From Heterodontus francisci (taxonomy: Eukaryota): DNA of 64,000 nucleotides. Location: positions 49,446,430 through 49,510,429 of the forward strand of contig NC_090399.1 in the NCBI RefSeq assembly GCF_036365525.1, in the 5' to 3' direction. Under the pieces are notes generated by a model. That model searched no databases and was not told the origin of the DNA. It saw nothing but the letters and a program-made list of their open reading frames with translations. The translations under genes and the position numbers were made by a program. Position 1 is the first letter of the stretch, and every line of letters starts with the position of its first letter. Of the stretch, positions 38,576 through 52,010 are shown piece by piece.

Positions 38576-39453
38576 GTGGGAGGATGAGTTGTGAGGAGGA
38601 TGCAGAGCGGCTTCAGGGTGATTTGGACAAGTTGAGTGAGTGGGCAAATGCATGGCAGATGTGAGGTTATCCACTTTGAAAGCAAAAACAGGAAGGCAGA
38701 TTATTATCTGAACGGCTATAAACTGAGAGAGGGGAATATGCAGCGACACGTGGGTGTTCTGGTACACCAGTCACTGAAGTGAACATGCAGGTGCAACAGG
38801 CAGTAAAAAAGGCAAATGGCCTTCGCAGCGGAAGGATTAGAATACAGAAGCAGGGATGTCACGCTGCAATTATACAGGGCCTTGGTGAGGCCAGACCTGG
38901 AATATTGTGTGCAGTTTTAGTCTGCTTATCTGAGGAAGGATGTTCTTTCTATAGAGGGAGTGCAGCGAAGGTTTACCAGACTGAGTCATGGGATGGCGGG
39001 ACTGACGTATGAGGAGAGATTGAGTCGGTTAGGATTATATTCGCTGGAGTTCAGAAGAGTGAGGGGGGATCTCATAGAAACTGATAAAATTTTAACAGTA
39101 CCTGACAGGGTAGATGAAGGAAGGATGTTCCCGATGGTGAGGGAGTCCAGAACCAGGGGTCGCAGTCTAAGGATACATGGTAAACTTTTCAGGACTGAGA
39201 TGAGGAGAAGTTTCTTCACCCTGGGAGTGATGAGCCTGTGGCATTCATTACCACAGAAAGCAGTTGAGGCCAAAACATTGTATGTTTTCAAGAAGGAGTT
39301 AGATACAGCTCTTGGGGTGAAAGGGATCAAAGGATATTGGGGGGAAAGTGGAACAGGTTACTGATTTGGATGGTCAGTCATGATCATAATGAATGGCGAA
39401 ACAGGCTCGAAGGGCCGAATGGCCTACTCCAGCTCCTATATTCTATGTTTCTA
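38576..39453 (+). mobile_element. 5'-truncated CR1 LINE in the copy B intron
   Basis: RT C-terminus (QRRFTRL...LYSLEFRR...DLIET), CR1 hairpin and TTCTATG tail. Empty site in the paralogous intron at about 53725. Confidence 0.9.
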
Positions 39454-40308
39454 TAACCTTATTATAAAAGCTTAAAACGTACATCTTGATCCGATGATGT
39501 GACCAGATTAAACTCATTCCTATTGCTACCCACAACATATTTTAAGGACATAAAATGAAAGCAAAATAGCTCCGTTCCTCCAGAAAACCAGGTTTTGCTG
39601 GATAAGTACTGGCCCATTCAACAATATTTTAAAAAATCACTGAATTTACGCTGGAAGTCAAATGAAGCAGTTTCAAATGAGACTTTCCATCCGATTCAGG
39701 TTCATTCAAGTGGCAAAATGCCGTGGATGCCGGAGAGTTCGCTATGATGTTGTTGGAGCCTAGAATTTAGCTAAGGGGTTTTGTGGGATAGAGCGGACGG
39801 GGTGTGCAAGAAAATCCGCCGCCATTACTCAATCTCTCCAGCACATCCTCCAGAGATGTCTCATCTGCCCGAAGGCGTACGTGTACTACTGTTTGGGCAA
39901 TTCTCATTTGGACTAACTGTGAGATAGTCGATTCACCGCCTACGCAAAATATGTTCTACCAAATGCTTTGCTGCTTTGCAATATTATGAACACTGATTAA
40001 TTCACTGAGATCTTTATTCCCTGATTCTGTGATTCCTGGATTGACTGGCTTATTGGAGGAATTTTGGCATTTATTTATTAGAGGTAACATAAGCTGGACA
40101 CATTGTGAAACTGGCTGCTGAATCACCCTGAGTCGGTTTCGAGCTACCGTCTGAGATCAATTGCATATTATTACCCGAAGCTAAAGGAAACTGAGTTGAG
40201 CAACTGCACAAAACATTTGGAGTTCGGGTCCATATAGCATATTGTCAAACTGATTATTCCAGTGAATTTAGTGCAATTAGTATTTTTCACTTTCATTTTT
40301 TCTTGTAG

Positions 40309-41228
40309 GTAATCTATTGGCGATTGGGATTCTATCTCGTGGAAAGTGCGGACTTTCTAAATGTATCACTCGTTACATGGTGGCCATGGCAGCGGCAGAT
40401 TTACTGGTGATAATATTTGATGTACTATTGTATGAGATTAATTACATGTATTTCTCATATTCGTTCTTGGATTACACGCCAGTTTGTAATCTCAACATGG
40501 CCCTGACTGTTGCAACCATAGATTGTTCCGTTTGGTTAACTGTCGCTTTCACCTTTGATCGATTCATCACTATTTGTTGCCAGAGGTTGAGAACAAAATA
40601 TTGTACAGAAAGAACGGCGGCCATAGTTATAGCCACTGTCTTTGGACTGAGCTTTGCAGAAAACATTCCAATTTACTTTGAAACTGAACATCTGGAAATG
40701 ATTAACAATACAGCGTGGTCCTGCCCTTTAAAATCAACCTCCTCGAGTTCACCTGCGTCGGTAGCATACTTCTTCATTGACATTACCTTAACACCATTTG
40801 CACCATTTTTGCTGATTGTGCTGCTCAATGCACTGACGATCAGGCACATTGTACGGGCCAGTAGAGTGAGGAGGGGACTCCGGGAAAACAATAATCGTGA
40901 GATACACAATGATCCAGAGATGGAGAACCGAAGAAAATCGATCATATTACTGCTCGCCATCTCTAGCTCTTTCATCCTATTATGGATGGTAACATTTGTC
41001 GATTACATATGTACACACTTTGCAGGCATTCTGTTTACGCTCACAGATTACAATGATCCATTCGCCATCATGGAGCACACTGGATACATGCTTCAGCGTT
41101 TGAGTTCATGCACAAACACATTCATCTATGCAGTGGCTCAGGCTAAATTCAGAGAGGAATTGAAAAATCTTCTTAAATATCCATGGACTCAAATTGTTAG
41201 GTTAGTGGCTTCAAAAATTAAAACTTAA
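40309..41228 (+). CDS. GPR139/GPR142-like GPCR copy B, coding exon 2 (329 aa with exon 1)
   Basis: Polypyrimidine tract + TAG acceptor at 40306-40308. Open frame with hydrophobic helices: SRGKCGLSKCITRYMVAMAAADLL, DCSVWLTVAFTFDRFITIC (DRY variant), DPEMENRRKSIILL and LSSCTNTFIY (NPxxY variant). Family call is from recalled similarity to shark 'probable GPCR 139' proteins, not a search. Confidence 0.9.
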
Positions 41229-43429
41229 TGTCATCTGAATTCAGCGCAGTAATTCCCCATCTTAGATCACAATATTCATTCTGAATCCATTGATAAATAT
41301 ATGTCACATTATCTTTCTAGCTCGGTCTCTCTCTCTCTCTCTCTCTTTCTCTCGTTGTCCCTCCATCTCTTACGTATACATATGTGAGAGAACAAATTTT
41401 CTAAAGGAATGTGTCACATGACTGAATCCAATTAAAGTGCTACAGGGTGAAATTAGTTTTGGGCAGCATCGCAGTTTGAGCGATAACAAATTGACGGCCG
41501 TTTTACAATCTACCTGATTTTATTTTCCGTTGCATTCAATGGTTTTAATATTTGCATTTTGTGATAGTGTAAAAGTAGCGATATATCGGGTCGATGACCC
41601 GCTATGCACTGATCCCAATGTGCCTTTGCAGTGGGCAGTATCATCGGGAGAGGTTCATAAAGGCGTCTAATACGATACCACTGGTTACACGACCGCACAG
41701 TGAAATAATTATGACCATGTATAAAACCGACTGCTGAACACAATGGCTCATCTTGCGCCCATGCCCGAGACAATTTTGTACCTCATTGTGTTTCTATCTC
41801 TTTCCGCAGCCTCAGAAAATCCCGAAATAGCCCCTGAGTAAGCACATGAAATACATCAATGTTCCACACAATTAATTTGGAGTGCAGTGCGCAAACCCGT
41901 AAAACCATGCTGCACTAACATCCTATAGAACAGCAGTCGGGCAAATCACTGGACAAATGCTGCTGGATGCTGGATGGAGTTCAGAACACTGCTGAGTACT
42001 TGTTTGTCTTCAAACGGCGCAATTGAAAAAGAAAGGTTTTTCATGGTTCATTGTCTCACCAGAAGGATGACACTAATCACGTTGCAGCATTCATTCACAT
42101 CCACCAGTACTTTAGTTTTGATTAACTCCCAAATAGTTCGCTCCACACACAAAGCATATATTGAAGGCATATGTTTTGTGCAATTGTACAGCCAAGTATT
42201 TAATTTTCCCACAATATTTTTATTAACAAATGGGTGGGCGGTGTGGGGGGCGGAACTTATAATAATTTTACAGAGTGAGGAATATCTGAGTGCACACTAT
42301 GATCTCCAAAATTACTTTTAGCACGATACCGAATAATGAGGCATGCCATAGCTGAATATATCGGGCATCTGGTTTGAATGAAGAGGGAGGGAGTGTTTAC
42401 TTTGGATCAACTTATCCCAATAGTGCTTCGCTGGTTTTGATTTAGGGATATCATTTGACCAGGAAATGGGAAAAACTGACATCTATTTGAATGCTTCCAT
42501 AAGTGTTTTAACGTGGCCCAGAACAGAAAGATGACTCCTGGGTCAACATATCGCTTCATCAGTTGCACCACCTTTCCAGAATAATTTCGATGTTTGTCAT
42601 TTATTTTGTTAGAATTGTTAAGGTATTCTAAGCAGCCGACATCTGAATTTAGGATAAGCAATCTTGCCTTCGCTAACTCTCATAATCAGGCACTGGGGCG
42701 AAAATGTCCCATTATTATTGTTTGCCAGACCCGACCATTCTGTAGTAATGATAAAGTTCCAGCTGTAATCGTTCGTTTTTAGTCAAATTGACTGCTTGAA
42801 AAAAAACGAATGAAACGGATGTGATGACGCAACGTGCAGGACATATTACAATTTTCCTTCATCAAATTCAAGTTCAAACAACTTCAGCAGCCGTCGGAAA
42901 CTAAGGTGGAACTGAAATATCAAAATCAAATAAGCTTTGGCGATTTATTCTGATCAGTCCTGGAGGAAATATAAAAGTATAAATGATATATTTGACAGCC
43001 AACAGATTGTTTTAATTCTTTATTTCCTAATTCTGCCAAATTGTACTTACTTGCATGAGCCCAGCCCGTCAAATATTCATTTACAAACAACGCGACTTCA
43101 AATGAATTATGCAGTGTTATTTCTATAAATGTAATATTCAATATTATTCACAAAAGGAAACGAAACACACATTTCATAGCAAGATTTATCATTTCAGTTA
43201 TTTTCTGATTTCAAAACTGTCAGTTTGATTGTCACATAAGAATAAATAAACTAATTCTAAGCTCATCGATCTTTCTTTCGTTGTGAATTACACACCCTCC
43301 CAGCGATTTGAACAATCAGAATATAGGTTACTGACCCAGTTTTAGGCCCGGTACACAAAATGACCCATAATCTGCAGATTCTCCCTCTTCCTATGTAGTA
43401 GCTTTGAAAGTTATAAATTCCATTCAATT

Positions 43430-46140
43430 AGCAATCAAAACGCTCGGCAAACCGCCCCGATGAGATTTGCAGGAGCGCAATGAACCAAAGAATCACTCCG
43501 AGCCAAAGGAGGAGCTATTGAGATGGAAGCCTTGGGCCACAGGGGTAGATTTTAAGGGTGATCTTAAAGGGTAGATGTTGGAGAGGAGAGCTTTAGGAAA
43601 GAAATTCTACAGCTTGGGGCCTCGATGGCTGAAGGCACAACCGCCAATGATGGAAGGAATTAAGTGCAGAGCTAAGGGGGAAGGTCAACTAAAAGCCGGA
43701 TTTGGAGGAACGCAGAATTCTCAGAGAATTGTAGAGCTGGAGGATGTTACTGAGACAGGGAGGAGAGAAGAAACTGAAAGATTTTAAGAGAAAGATTAAA
43801 ATCGAGTGACTGATGGACTTGGAATCAATGCAGGTCAGCGAACTCAGGAATGATGAGTGAACGAGACTTAGCGCGAGTTAGGATGCTGGAACCAGAGTCT
43901 TTATTTCGCTCAAATTTGTGGAAGGCGAATGTTGGGAAACCCTCCAGGGTACTTTTGGAATAATCAAACCTGAAGATAACAAAAACATTTATAAGAATTA
44001 TATCAGCTTAGACAGGCAATGTAACGGAAGTGGATATAGCTGGTCTTTGTGATGGACATGGTATGAACCTGGAATTTCAACTTAGGTTCAAATAATGGTT
44101 TTAGGTACGAATAATCTAATTCAGCCGGAGACAACGGCCAGGATGATAGAATTGGTAGGTAGCAAGCAGAGCTTGTGCAGGATCAGAGATATTGGTTTCG
44201 GTCTTCCCAATGAATAACTAGAGAAAATTCAGGCTCATTCGTTAATATTAAACAAGCAATCTGACAATATACGGACAGTGCTAATGTGGAAAGAGGTGGG
44301 TGTGAGGCCGAGCTGGGTTGCCTCAGCAGAAATATAGAACCTCATGTCACATATTCTGATGGTGTCACTGAAGGTGAAGTTGTCGATGTGAAACAGAAAG
44401 AAAAGGGGCTCCAGAAATACCGACATAGGAGAAGGATGAGAAATCATTGTAGAAAATTCTCTGTCTGTAACTCGATAAGTGAGAGATTTACCTGCCAACA
44501 GGTGTCTCAATAGGCTAGGCAATGGAGGAGAGGCGTTGCTGTAGAATGGTATAGTCAACCCTATAATAGTCAGCACACAGGTCGAGGTGGAAGATGAGGG
44601 ATATGACAGCACGGTTACAGTCACATAGGATGTCATGGAAACCTGATTGGAGAGTCCAAACAGGAATTGTGGGGGAAATGGGTGCATATTTTGGAGGAGA
44701 CAAAGCGATGAAGGACTGTGAAGCTGAAACAGTGGTTGGTGATGGAGCTGCAGTTTGATAGTGCCACAGTGTCAAGGTCGGAATTTTTGTGGAGGGAGTG
44801 ATAACGGCAGATTTGAAAGGAAGGTGGACAGTACCAGAAGTGATTCAAGTGTGAATAATCAGTGTGGGACTCAGTAAAAAAGTTGGGTATTTAACAGTTT
44901 AATGGGAAGAGGTTAGAAAGAACAGGTTATTCTCTAGAACAAGGTGTTACCGGGATTTGCCTGAGGAGAGAGAGGAGAGAAGCTAAAGACATGTGTCGAA
45001 GGCTAGGGTTGGTATTAGGGTCTTGGAGGACCTTTGACATGGTGTAAAATTGAAATGGAAGAACGTGCTGGTGGAATCTGAACAGATCTTCGTGTCTAAA
45101 AATTCCCTGAGCTCTTCGCACTTGTTGGAAGTGCATATGGTTGGGACGGGAATGGGGAACTCTTTAAGAAGAGGTTGGTGATCAAAGAAAGAAGCCGGGT
45201 CTATCTTTGCAGTCGAAGATAATTTTTGAGTACTGATCCGATTTTACAGATGAAGGAGGATGTGAATGGTAAAGGATACAAAGCAGTTATCAGAAATGCC
45301 TGTCACTGGGACGTTAGGAATAGGAAAGATACGTGAGCTGTGGCAGAATACTTGAAACAGTGGCTGAGGTTAAGGTCCGACGGGAATGTAATGAATTCAG
45401 AGGAGAGAGAGCAAGGTGGATTGAATAGGAGGTTCAAATCAACAAGGCTGTGAAGATACTCCGTTCAGATGCTGAGGGACGTCAGCAGTGGGAATATCAA
45501 TCTATACCTTTGGTGAGCGGTAGTGAACGAAGATTTAAAAATGAAACAAGCTAAGCCCCTGCAAGGAGGTGAGTATGGGTACAGATCAAGTTGAAAATTA
45601 ATGTCACTTTGGGCACGGCAGGTTTTGGACAAAAGCAGCCAAGCAGGAAGGCTTCCGTAAAAGGGATGATGTCACAAAATATGAGCCAAGCTCCTATAAA
45701 GACCGTGATATCAATGCAGTCATCTTCAGTTAGGTCACGGATATTGAGAGCCTCATCTGTAGGCAAATGGACATTCTGGGAGTGGCTGTGATGTTAGATG
45801 ATCCACTGTCAGCGTCCAGTAGGTCAGTGCTGCGAGGGATGAGAGGACGGGTAACAGGTTGACAAGGTTAGACGGCAGAGAGCCTGCTACTTGGGAAGAT
45901 CAATGATGGAATGGAATGGGACAGGAAAGAACTAATGAATTGATAGGGCCTTCGGAGAATAACAAGAGAGGCCAAGTGGGAGTCTCTCGCGTGTTTCCAA
46001 GCGACCGTCAAGCCTGAGGTGCAGCAAGATAGTAGGAATGTCCAGGAATATGAAAGGAATATAGCAGGGATTAGGGAGAGGGGTGGTCAAGGTACCTGCG
46101 AAGAGAGAAACCTATAGAGGCACCACAAGTTAACAGGAAA
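43430..46140 (-). mobile_element. L2 LINE remnant (paralog of 22640-24550 and of 7110-7870)
   Basis: Degraded RT in ORF 44235-44687 (FSDTIRICDMRFYISAEATQL). Colinear with the L2 in the other units. Confidence 0.7.
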
Positions 46141-47088
46141 GAAAGGAGAGGAGGGTAGAACCCGAGAAGTAGAGAGGCGAGAAATAAAAATCGTAGATAG
46201 TAGTGATGGGCCCTAGGCCGATAAAACAACCAAAATATTCAGACTAGTGTACACAAATAAACTCAGATTGCATACGCATGGATAATAGTGGGATAAATAT
46301 GAGGACGGTAAAGAGAGAATAGAGATAGATCAAAGTTACAGTGAGGTGACCCGCGGTGGGATAAAGCTAACGTGTTAACCAGGTCGATTTACCGTGGCGA
46401 AATGCCAAACTCATCTGTAGATTCGGAGATAGGTGTGGAAGGCGAGTGAATATGTTTGAGGGGCAGAATATCAGTGGGTGCACACGCAGAGGGATTGTTT
46501 TAAAAAACCGATCCAGCGGCAGGTAGGATGAATTAGATGTACATAATGCGCAGTTCAAAAAGTCGCATTTTGTCTTTTCTCCCAACTAGATAAACTAGAT
46601 ACGTGCAGATTTCTGCATCCACAAACTTTTATTCATACCTGTCCTTCAGATCAGTCGTATCCATTTATAACAAATTACCGTCACAATTAACTGTCATTGT
46701 TTTGTTCTTCCTTAAAATAGACTATGTGCTAATACTCAGTTGCCACACTGGAACTCAGTTTGACCCCAACATTAAGAAGTGATCTATTTCACTGGGTGGT
46801 CAATGGTCCTCCCCTTCAATTTATGGCAATTTTCAATGTTGGTTGTTTATCCTCGCCAATGTTTTACTAAAAGATTTCCCTTTCGGTATTGTTTGTTTTC
46901 ACGGATCTTTGCCTGATAATGCAGAGGTCCCACTGCATGTTCTACAACATAAGGGAAACTCATTCGATTCGAACTGATCAAGCACAGAGTGCAAATATTT
47001 TTCCTGCTATTTACAAGTACCTTAAATAATACAATTGCATTTAACAAATTCACAGCACAGCTAAGTTAAGCTATTCAACATACGATAT

Positions 47089-47997
47089 TGTCACGCACTC
47101 CAGAAGTGTGATGATACAGCAATCATGGACTAAATCTGAAGAGTTATTTTTAAAAATTGACTTTGAACCTTTGTTTTAAAAAGTGAACAATGGTCCAAAA
47201 TGGCCATCGAGAAAAAATGGATTGGCCTTTTTGCATTCAAATTGTCTGACAAGTACAAAGGATAAATCATCAAAGCTCGGAGGTGTCAATTGAACCCCAT
47301 CCTAATACATTCCAGAATTGAAAGTCTTCTTCTGAAACAAAGAAGGTGTGAAGCAGCCACAGTCCTGGGTCATTGTGGGGAAGAGATCAGAGTTTCTCCT
47401 AACAGGAGGTGATAAATAACAGAGTTTTACCTTTAAAAACACAGCCTAGAGAGTCTCCAGAGTGAAAGCGAGAGAGAGAAAGAACAACATTCAGCAGCTT
47501 TTTTTCCAGCCAGCCAGCAGGCACATGCCCTGCTGTAGGATCCTACATCTAAACTCGACAGCAGGGAACTAGAAGAGATCCACCGTCTCCAACTGAACTT
47601 TCAATCACGAGAGAAATCTACAATCACCTCAGCCCTGCACCCACTGAAAACTTGATTTCCAAGAGAGTTCTACAGGTTTATCATGACCTCCCCGCCCCCG
47701 CACCCACCCCCACTAAAAATCACTTTCCCTTTATTCCCCCTCTATCTTTCTCTTCTTGTGTGCGTGCGCAAGCGAATGCGTGAGTGGATGCAGTTGCGAC
47801 AATACGTGATAAGGCATACTGATCGATAAACTATTGATTTTCTGATTTTCAAACGTACAAGAAAAGCTTTCCCTGTCTGGTTACTTTGAAAAATAAAACA
47901 CCATGAAGCTAAACCCTAATAACAAAACGCACTTACTGGGGTCAGGTGGGGAGTTCAGCAGTGGGAACCACCCATATTGCACCACATGGCCGTAACA
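47089..47997 (+). mobile_element. Solo LTR (909 bp)
   Basis: TGTCACG...CGTAACA termini, 4-bp TSD ATAT (47085-47088 and 47998-48001), AATAAA at about 47892, and an empty paralogous site at about 8815-8820. Confidence 0.85.
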
Positions 47998-49583
47998 ATA
48001 TAAATATAATTATGCATCAAAAATTTCTTCTCAATCCATACACCTGTTGGTAAATTTGGCGGTGAAGCTCTGCACATCTACAAATTGCCCTTGTTAGGAT
48101 GCTGGTCACAAGATCAGGAGGCCACATCAGACAGCCACGATTATTGGGAATATATTTCCAGCCACCGTGACTACGCCAGGGTCTGAGAAAAAAGAATTAA
48201 GTTCCAGGCAGGTAGAAGAGCACTTACTAGCACCTAGGGTAAGATCAAATTGTTACTTCAGTACTCTGATCAAATATTAAGGATAAAATTTCACTGGGAA
48301 ATAAATTCGAGAGATGTACAAAGCAGATATACTATGCCCGGTGAGAAATGTGATAAATCACCACTAAATGATTGAAGATGTTCAGCGAACTGATGATTCA
48401 TGTACTGTTACTGATATATACGGTGTGTGCTCAATGTGGATAGTGTAGTAAAATGTCAATTGAATGTGGAAACATGGTCCAATATCAGTCAATGCCTCAG
48501 TGGTATCTCATATATACTTCTGGAGACCGTATCGGCTTTAAGGTTGCTTATGATGTTTCAGACTGTGGGTAAGGAGCTGTTATCAGCATCTTGTGGGTCT
48601 TGAAGAAGGAAAAGTTCTGCTTTATTTTGTTCCATGACATTTAGTTGTTGCAATGGTTGCGCTTGAACATCTCCGACTCAGGCAAAATATATACCATGCA
48701 GCAGACAACACCATTGAGGATTCCAGAGCTAAAGCCTATTCTGAAGTCTCATAGAACCTGTCCATGCATCTGACCTGTGACTTTAGCATAATGAAAGTAT
48801 ACTCCATATGACACGCAAAATAGCATTGAACTCCATAAAATTTGTTTGTAGGGCATTTTGTTCTGGAATTACACTAACATTACATTAACCGTTCCTGATA
48901 AGGCTATCCCTGGCATCCAGGAATTCAGATGTGAACTTTCCTTTGGCCCTGTAATATACAAAGCATTCTGGACTGCGTCCATATGACGGAATTATGGCAG
49001 ATTCGACGACATAACCAGATGATGGGTATCCGTTAGTGAGTGCAATGTGGTTGACTTTTAACCTCCTTCTGAAAAGGCCTAGCAGGCCATTCAGTTGCAC
49101 AACACGGACATGGAAAATGCTTTAATTTCCCCCATCAGAAATTCTCAGCCTAGTTCTGGAGCCCGTACAGTAGGATCCCACCCAATTTTGCCGAAGTCGG
49201 CACTGTACTCTGATTTGACTTAAAGCATGAGTTTACCACCGACCCAGCGAAACTTCAGCACCAGTGTATCTGCAAACATTGATAGTGCAACTTTCACCCG
49301 CAAGTAAGCCATTATCCATCAAATACCTCAAATGTGTAATTGCTAATGTGAAAACGTATGAATGAAAGCCTCTTCCTTAGATTTATATGACCATGATTCA
49401 GTAACTGCAACTTACAAAATAAATAAAACTGCAAATATAATTATAGTAATATTCCCGTGTTTGTGTTTCCCATTACCACCGGGAAATATAAATAACAATG
49501 TTCTATTCCCTGAGCATTGGAGTAAAGAGTTGAATAATCAATTTGTTCAAGTGATTGTGACTAATGTTAATTATTGCCCCATC

Positions 49584-49630
49584 TAATTGTCTCACTTCAG
49601 ATTTATCAGAAGTATAAATTGGGCTCATTT
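49584..49630 (+). promoter_or_regulatory. Putative core promoter of GPCR copy A2 (TAATTG + TATAAA)
   Basis: TAATTG at 49584-49589 and TATAAA at 49613-49618; same 29-bp spacing as in copy B. Confidence 0.55.
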
Positions 49631-49684
49631 GAATGCATCTCATCACTGTGTCAGTACACAAAGAGCTACCTTCACTGCTAGAAA

Positions 49685-49754
49685 ATGGGGCTGTGGATAT
49701 TTCCACAGATAGAAGCTGTTTACTATCCTTTCCTTGCGCTGGTTGGTGTTCTTG
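49685..49754 (+). CDS. GPR139/GPR142-like GPCR copy A2, coding exon 1
   Basis: MGLWIFPQIEAVYYPFLALVGVL-G followed by a GTAAGT donor. Same length (70 nt) and phase as copy B exon 1. Confidence 0.85.
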
Positions 49755-51049
49755 GTAAGTTACAACCTATTATTCCTTGTATGTCAGAGTGTGACTGCAT
49801 ACGATTCTAATTATTGTCACTAAAATATTCAAAAAAATGTTGATACAACGTGCTCATCAAAGCCTGATATAAGAACACTTTATAGGTGAAATGCAATGCA
49901 CTGAGTAGCCAGTGACTGTCCCGCAATCTGATTCTTGTACTGAATTTGGGGAATTATAATTCAACTAATTTCAATGTGTAGTTTTCTTTTATTATCTTGT
50001 GTTAGTAGAGCGTCAACAGTTTGCATTTACATAGCTCCTTTAACGTATAATAATATCCAATGCGCTTACAACTACGTCCCCAATACAAAGTTTGAAATCA
50101 TACTATCTACAGTACACATCTTGTACAACTTCGTGGATTCCTTTCGCAAAGTTGAAAACAGAATGACTTTCCGTTGTCTCACATATCCTTTTAATGTAAA
50201 TGACCGCGTTTGTTTGTAATCATAGCTTTTTGTAAAGTAAAATGTTTTCATGCATTCCGAACGTTTGGGAAAGATGATGGAGCTGTTACTTTTAGCTAAT
50301 GGGTCGTGACAGGATGGTGATCTCTAAAATCATACTGCTGGAAAAGCCCCAATTTCTGTAGCAGCTGGTTGCTCAGAGGAACTAGAAATTCAAGAACGCA
50401 CACTCAATGATAACCCAACAAATTGTCGCTCATCCTTGTGCCACGACGATTATAATCCTGCCCAATGGGAAGCCCGATATATCAGAACGGTTTACCCTGT
50501 TTGATCAGTTTGCACTTCTCCTCCCTTTATTTTCGGAACCAGGGCAATGCCGTGGGAATCCTTAAGGGGAGGTGCCCTCCTGTTATATTCCCCAAATCAT
50601 TAATTAATATCTGGGACATTTCTTGATCTTTTAAGTAGTTTAATGCAGTGTACAACTTAACAATTTTATTTGCCATTCTTGTCTATTCTTTGCTGTTTTT
50701 ATAAAATTATGCAGCTTATAATTAGAGCCAACAGAGAAGGTTGGCCCCAGCTGTACAATCCGAAAAGATGTAATCCGCCTTACATATAGCATGGTACTGA
50801 GTCGCGAACAGATTCCAGTAAAAACATTGAATTAAATAGCTGTTAATGAAACGTGGACTGGGAATTTAAGACGGTTCGATGGCGAGATAAATCGGATACT
50901 TAATAAAGTTAATCGTGTTTGGTGCAAATTCGATATAGTCCATATATAGTCTAGATGTGAGTCAAATGAAACAAACCAGCATATGGTTTTAATATTTTAA
51001 CCCCTTTAATGTTCATGCGTTGTTCAAAATGTACAAATTATAATTCACG

Positions 51050-52010
51050 TCTACTACATAAACAATCGTTCAATAATTCTATTCGCTAGTAATGTGATGG
51101 ATGAGATTGTTAAAGGGGCGAATATTCTTTGGAGTCATGTGTGATAGTTTGAGTCATAAGTTGTTTTCTGCACAAAGGCAATGACGATACCTCGATTTCA
51201 TTCCAGTGGGGGTGAAAATCCATTTTCACATATCTAACATACAGCAAACAGTATCAAAGCCTTGCCAAACCCATTTGACAATTGGGGGAAATCTCGCATT
51301 TGGACGCAAAGCTCAGGCAACTGCTTTTGTTGGAACTCATCATTTCAAAGGGCAGTAGATTCTCCTGTTCTTTTATTGACAATTATTGTTGCATGGATAC
51401 TGCAGAAAAATCTGTTACATTGTTGTGGACCCAACTGTTTGCATTTCCCATTAAGTGAAACTAATCAGTTAATTGTCTCACCAGTCAGATATTGCTTGAT
51501 GTCACATTTACCACTGCCCTGAAACTGTAGCTCATTGGTTGCCATGAATTCATGCATGTTTAGGAAAATTCCAGTGTTATGTTCTCCACAAAGCGAGACC
51601 AAAATTCCAGCTTTTTTTCCATCAATTCAATTTTGTCCTGGGGATTGACCCTTGAAGTATTAAGTTTAGCTGATTCAGGCGAGTGAATATATCTAACAAG
51701 TAGCCCAATGGTGAGGCCGTGTCATGCAGAGACTGATGTCGTGGAAAGGTGTGTTCTGTAAAGAATAACCTTGAGTTCAGAGTGAAGTTCAAAGAAACGT
51801 GCCCAGAAAATATCCTGGAATTCAAGGCTCGAACTTTTTCTTTCGAAAGCTTATCATCTGCATGGCATTTTGCAGGATCTCCTCCGAGTTGGTAGGCATG
51901 TTTAAAGCAGTGAGTGCATCCCTATGCACACGGCACTACACCCACCTTGAATTGGAAGTGAATGCTTTTATATGCCTTGCTATTCCATTGTGCCTAGCAG
52001 TCATTGACGC
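51050..52010 (-). mobile_element. hAT (Charlie/Buster-type) transposase remnant, paralog of 29780-31170
   Basis: LGYLLDIFTRLNQLNLILQG in ORF 51622-51825. Colinear with the copy B intron but without the HE1 insertion. Confidence 0.75.

Noticed and set aside
40309-41228. Assigning the symbol GPR139
   Set aside because: These are multi-copy divergent paralogs with family-level resemblance only; orthology cannot be shown without a phylogeny.
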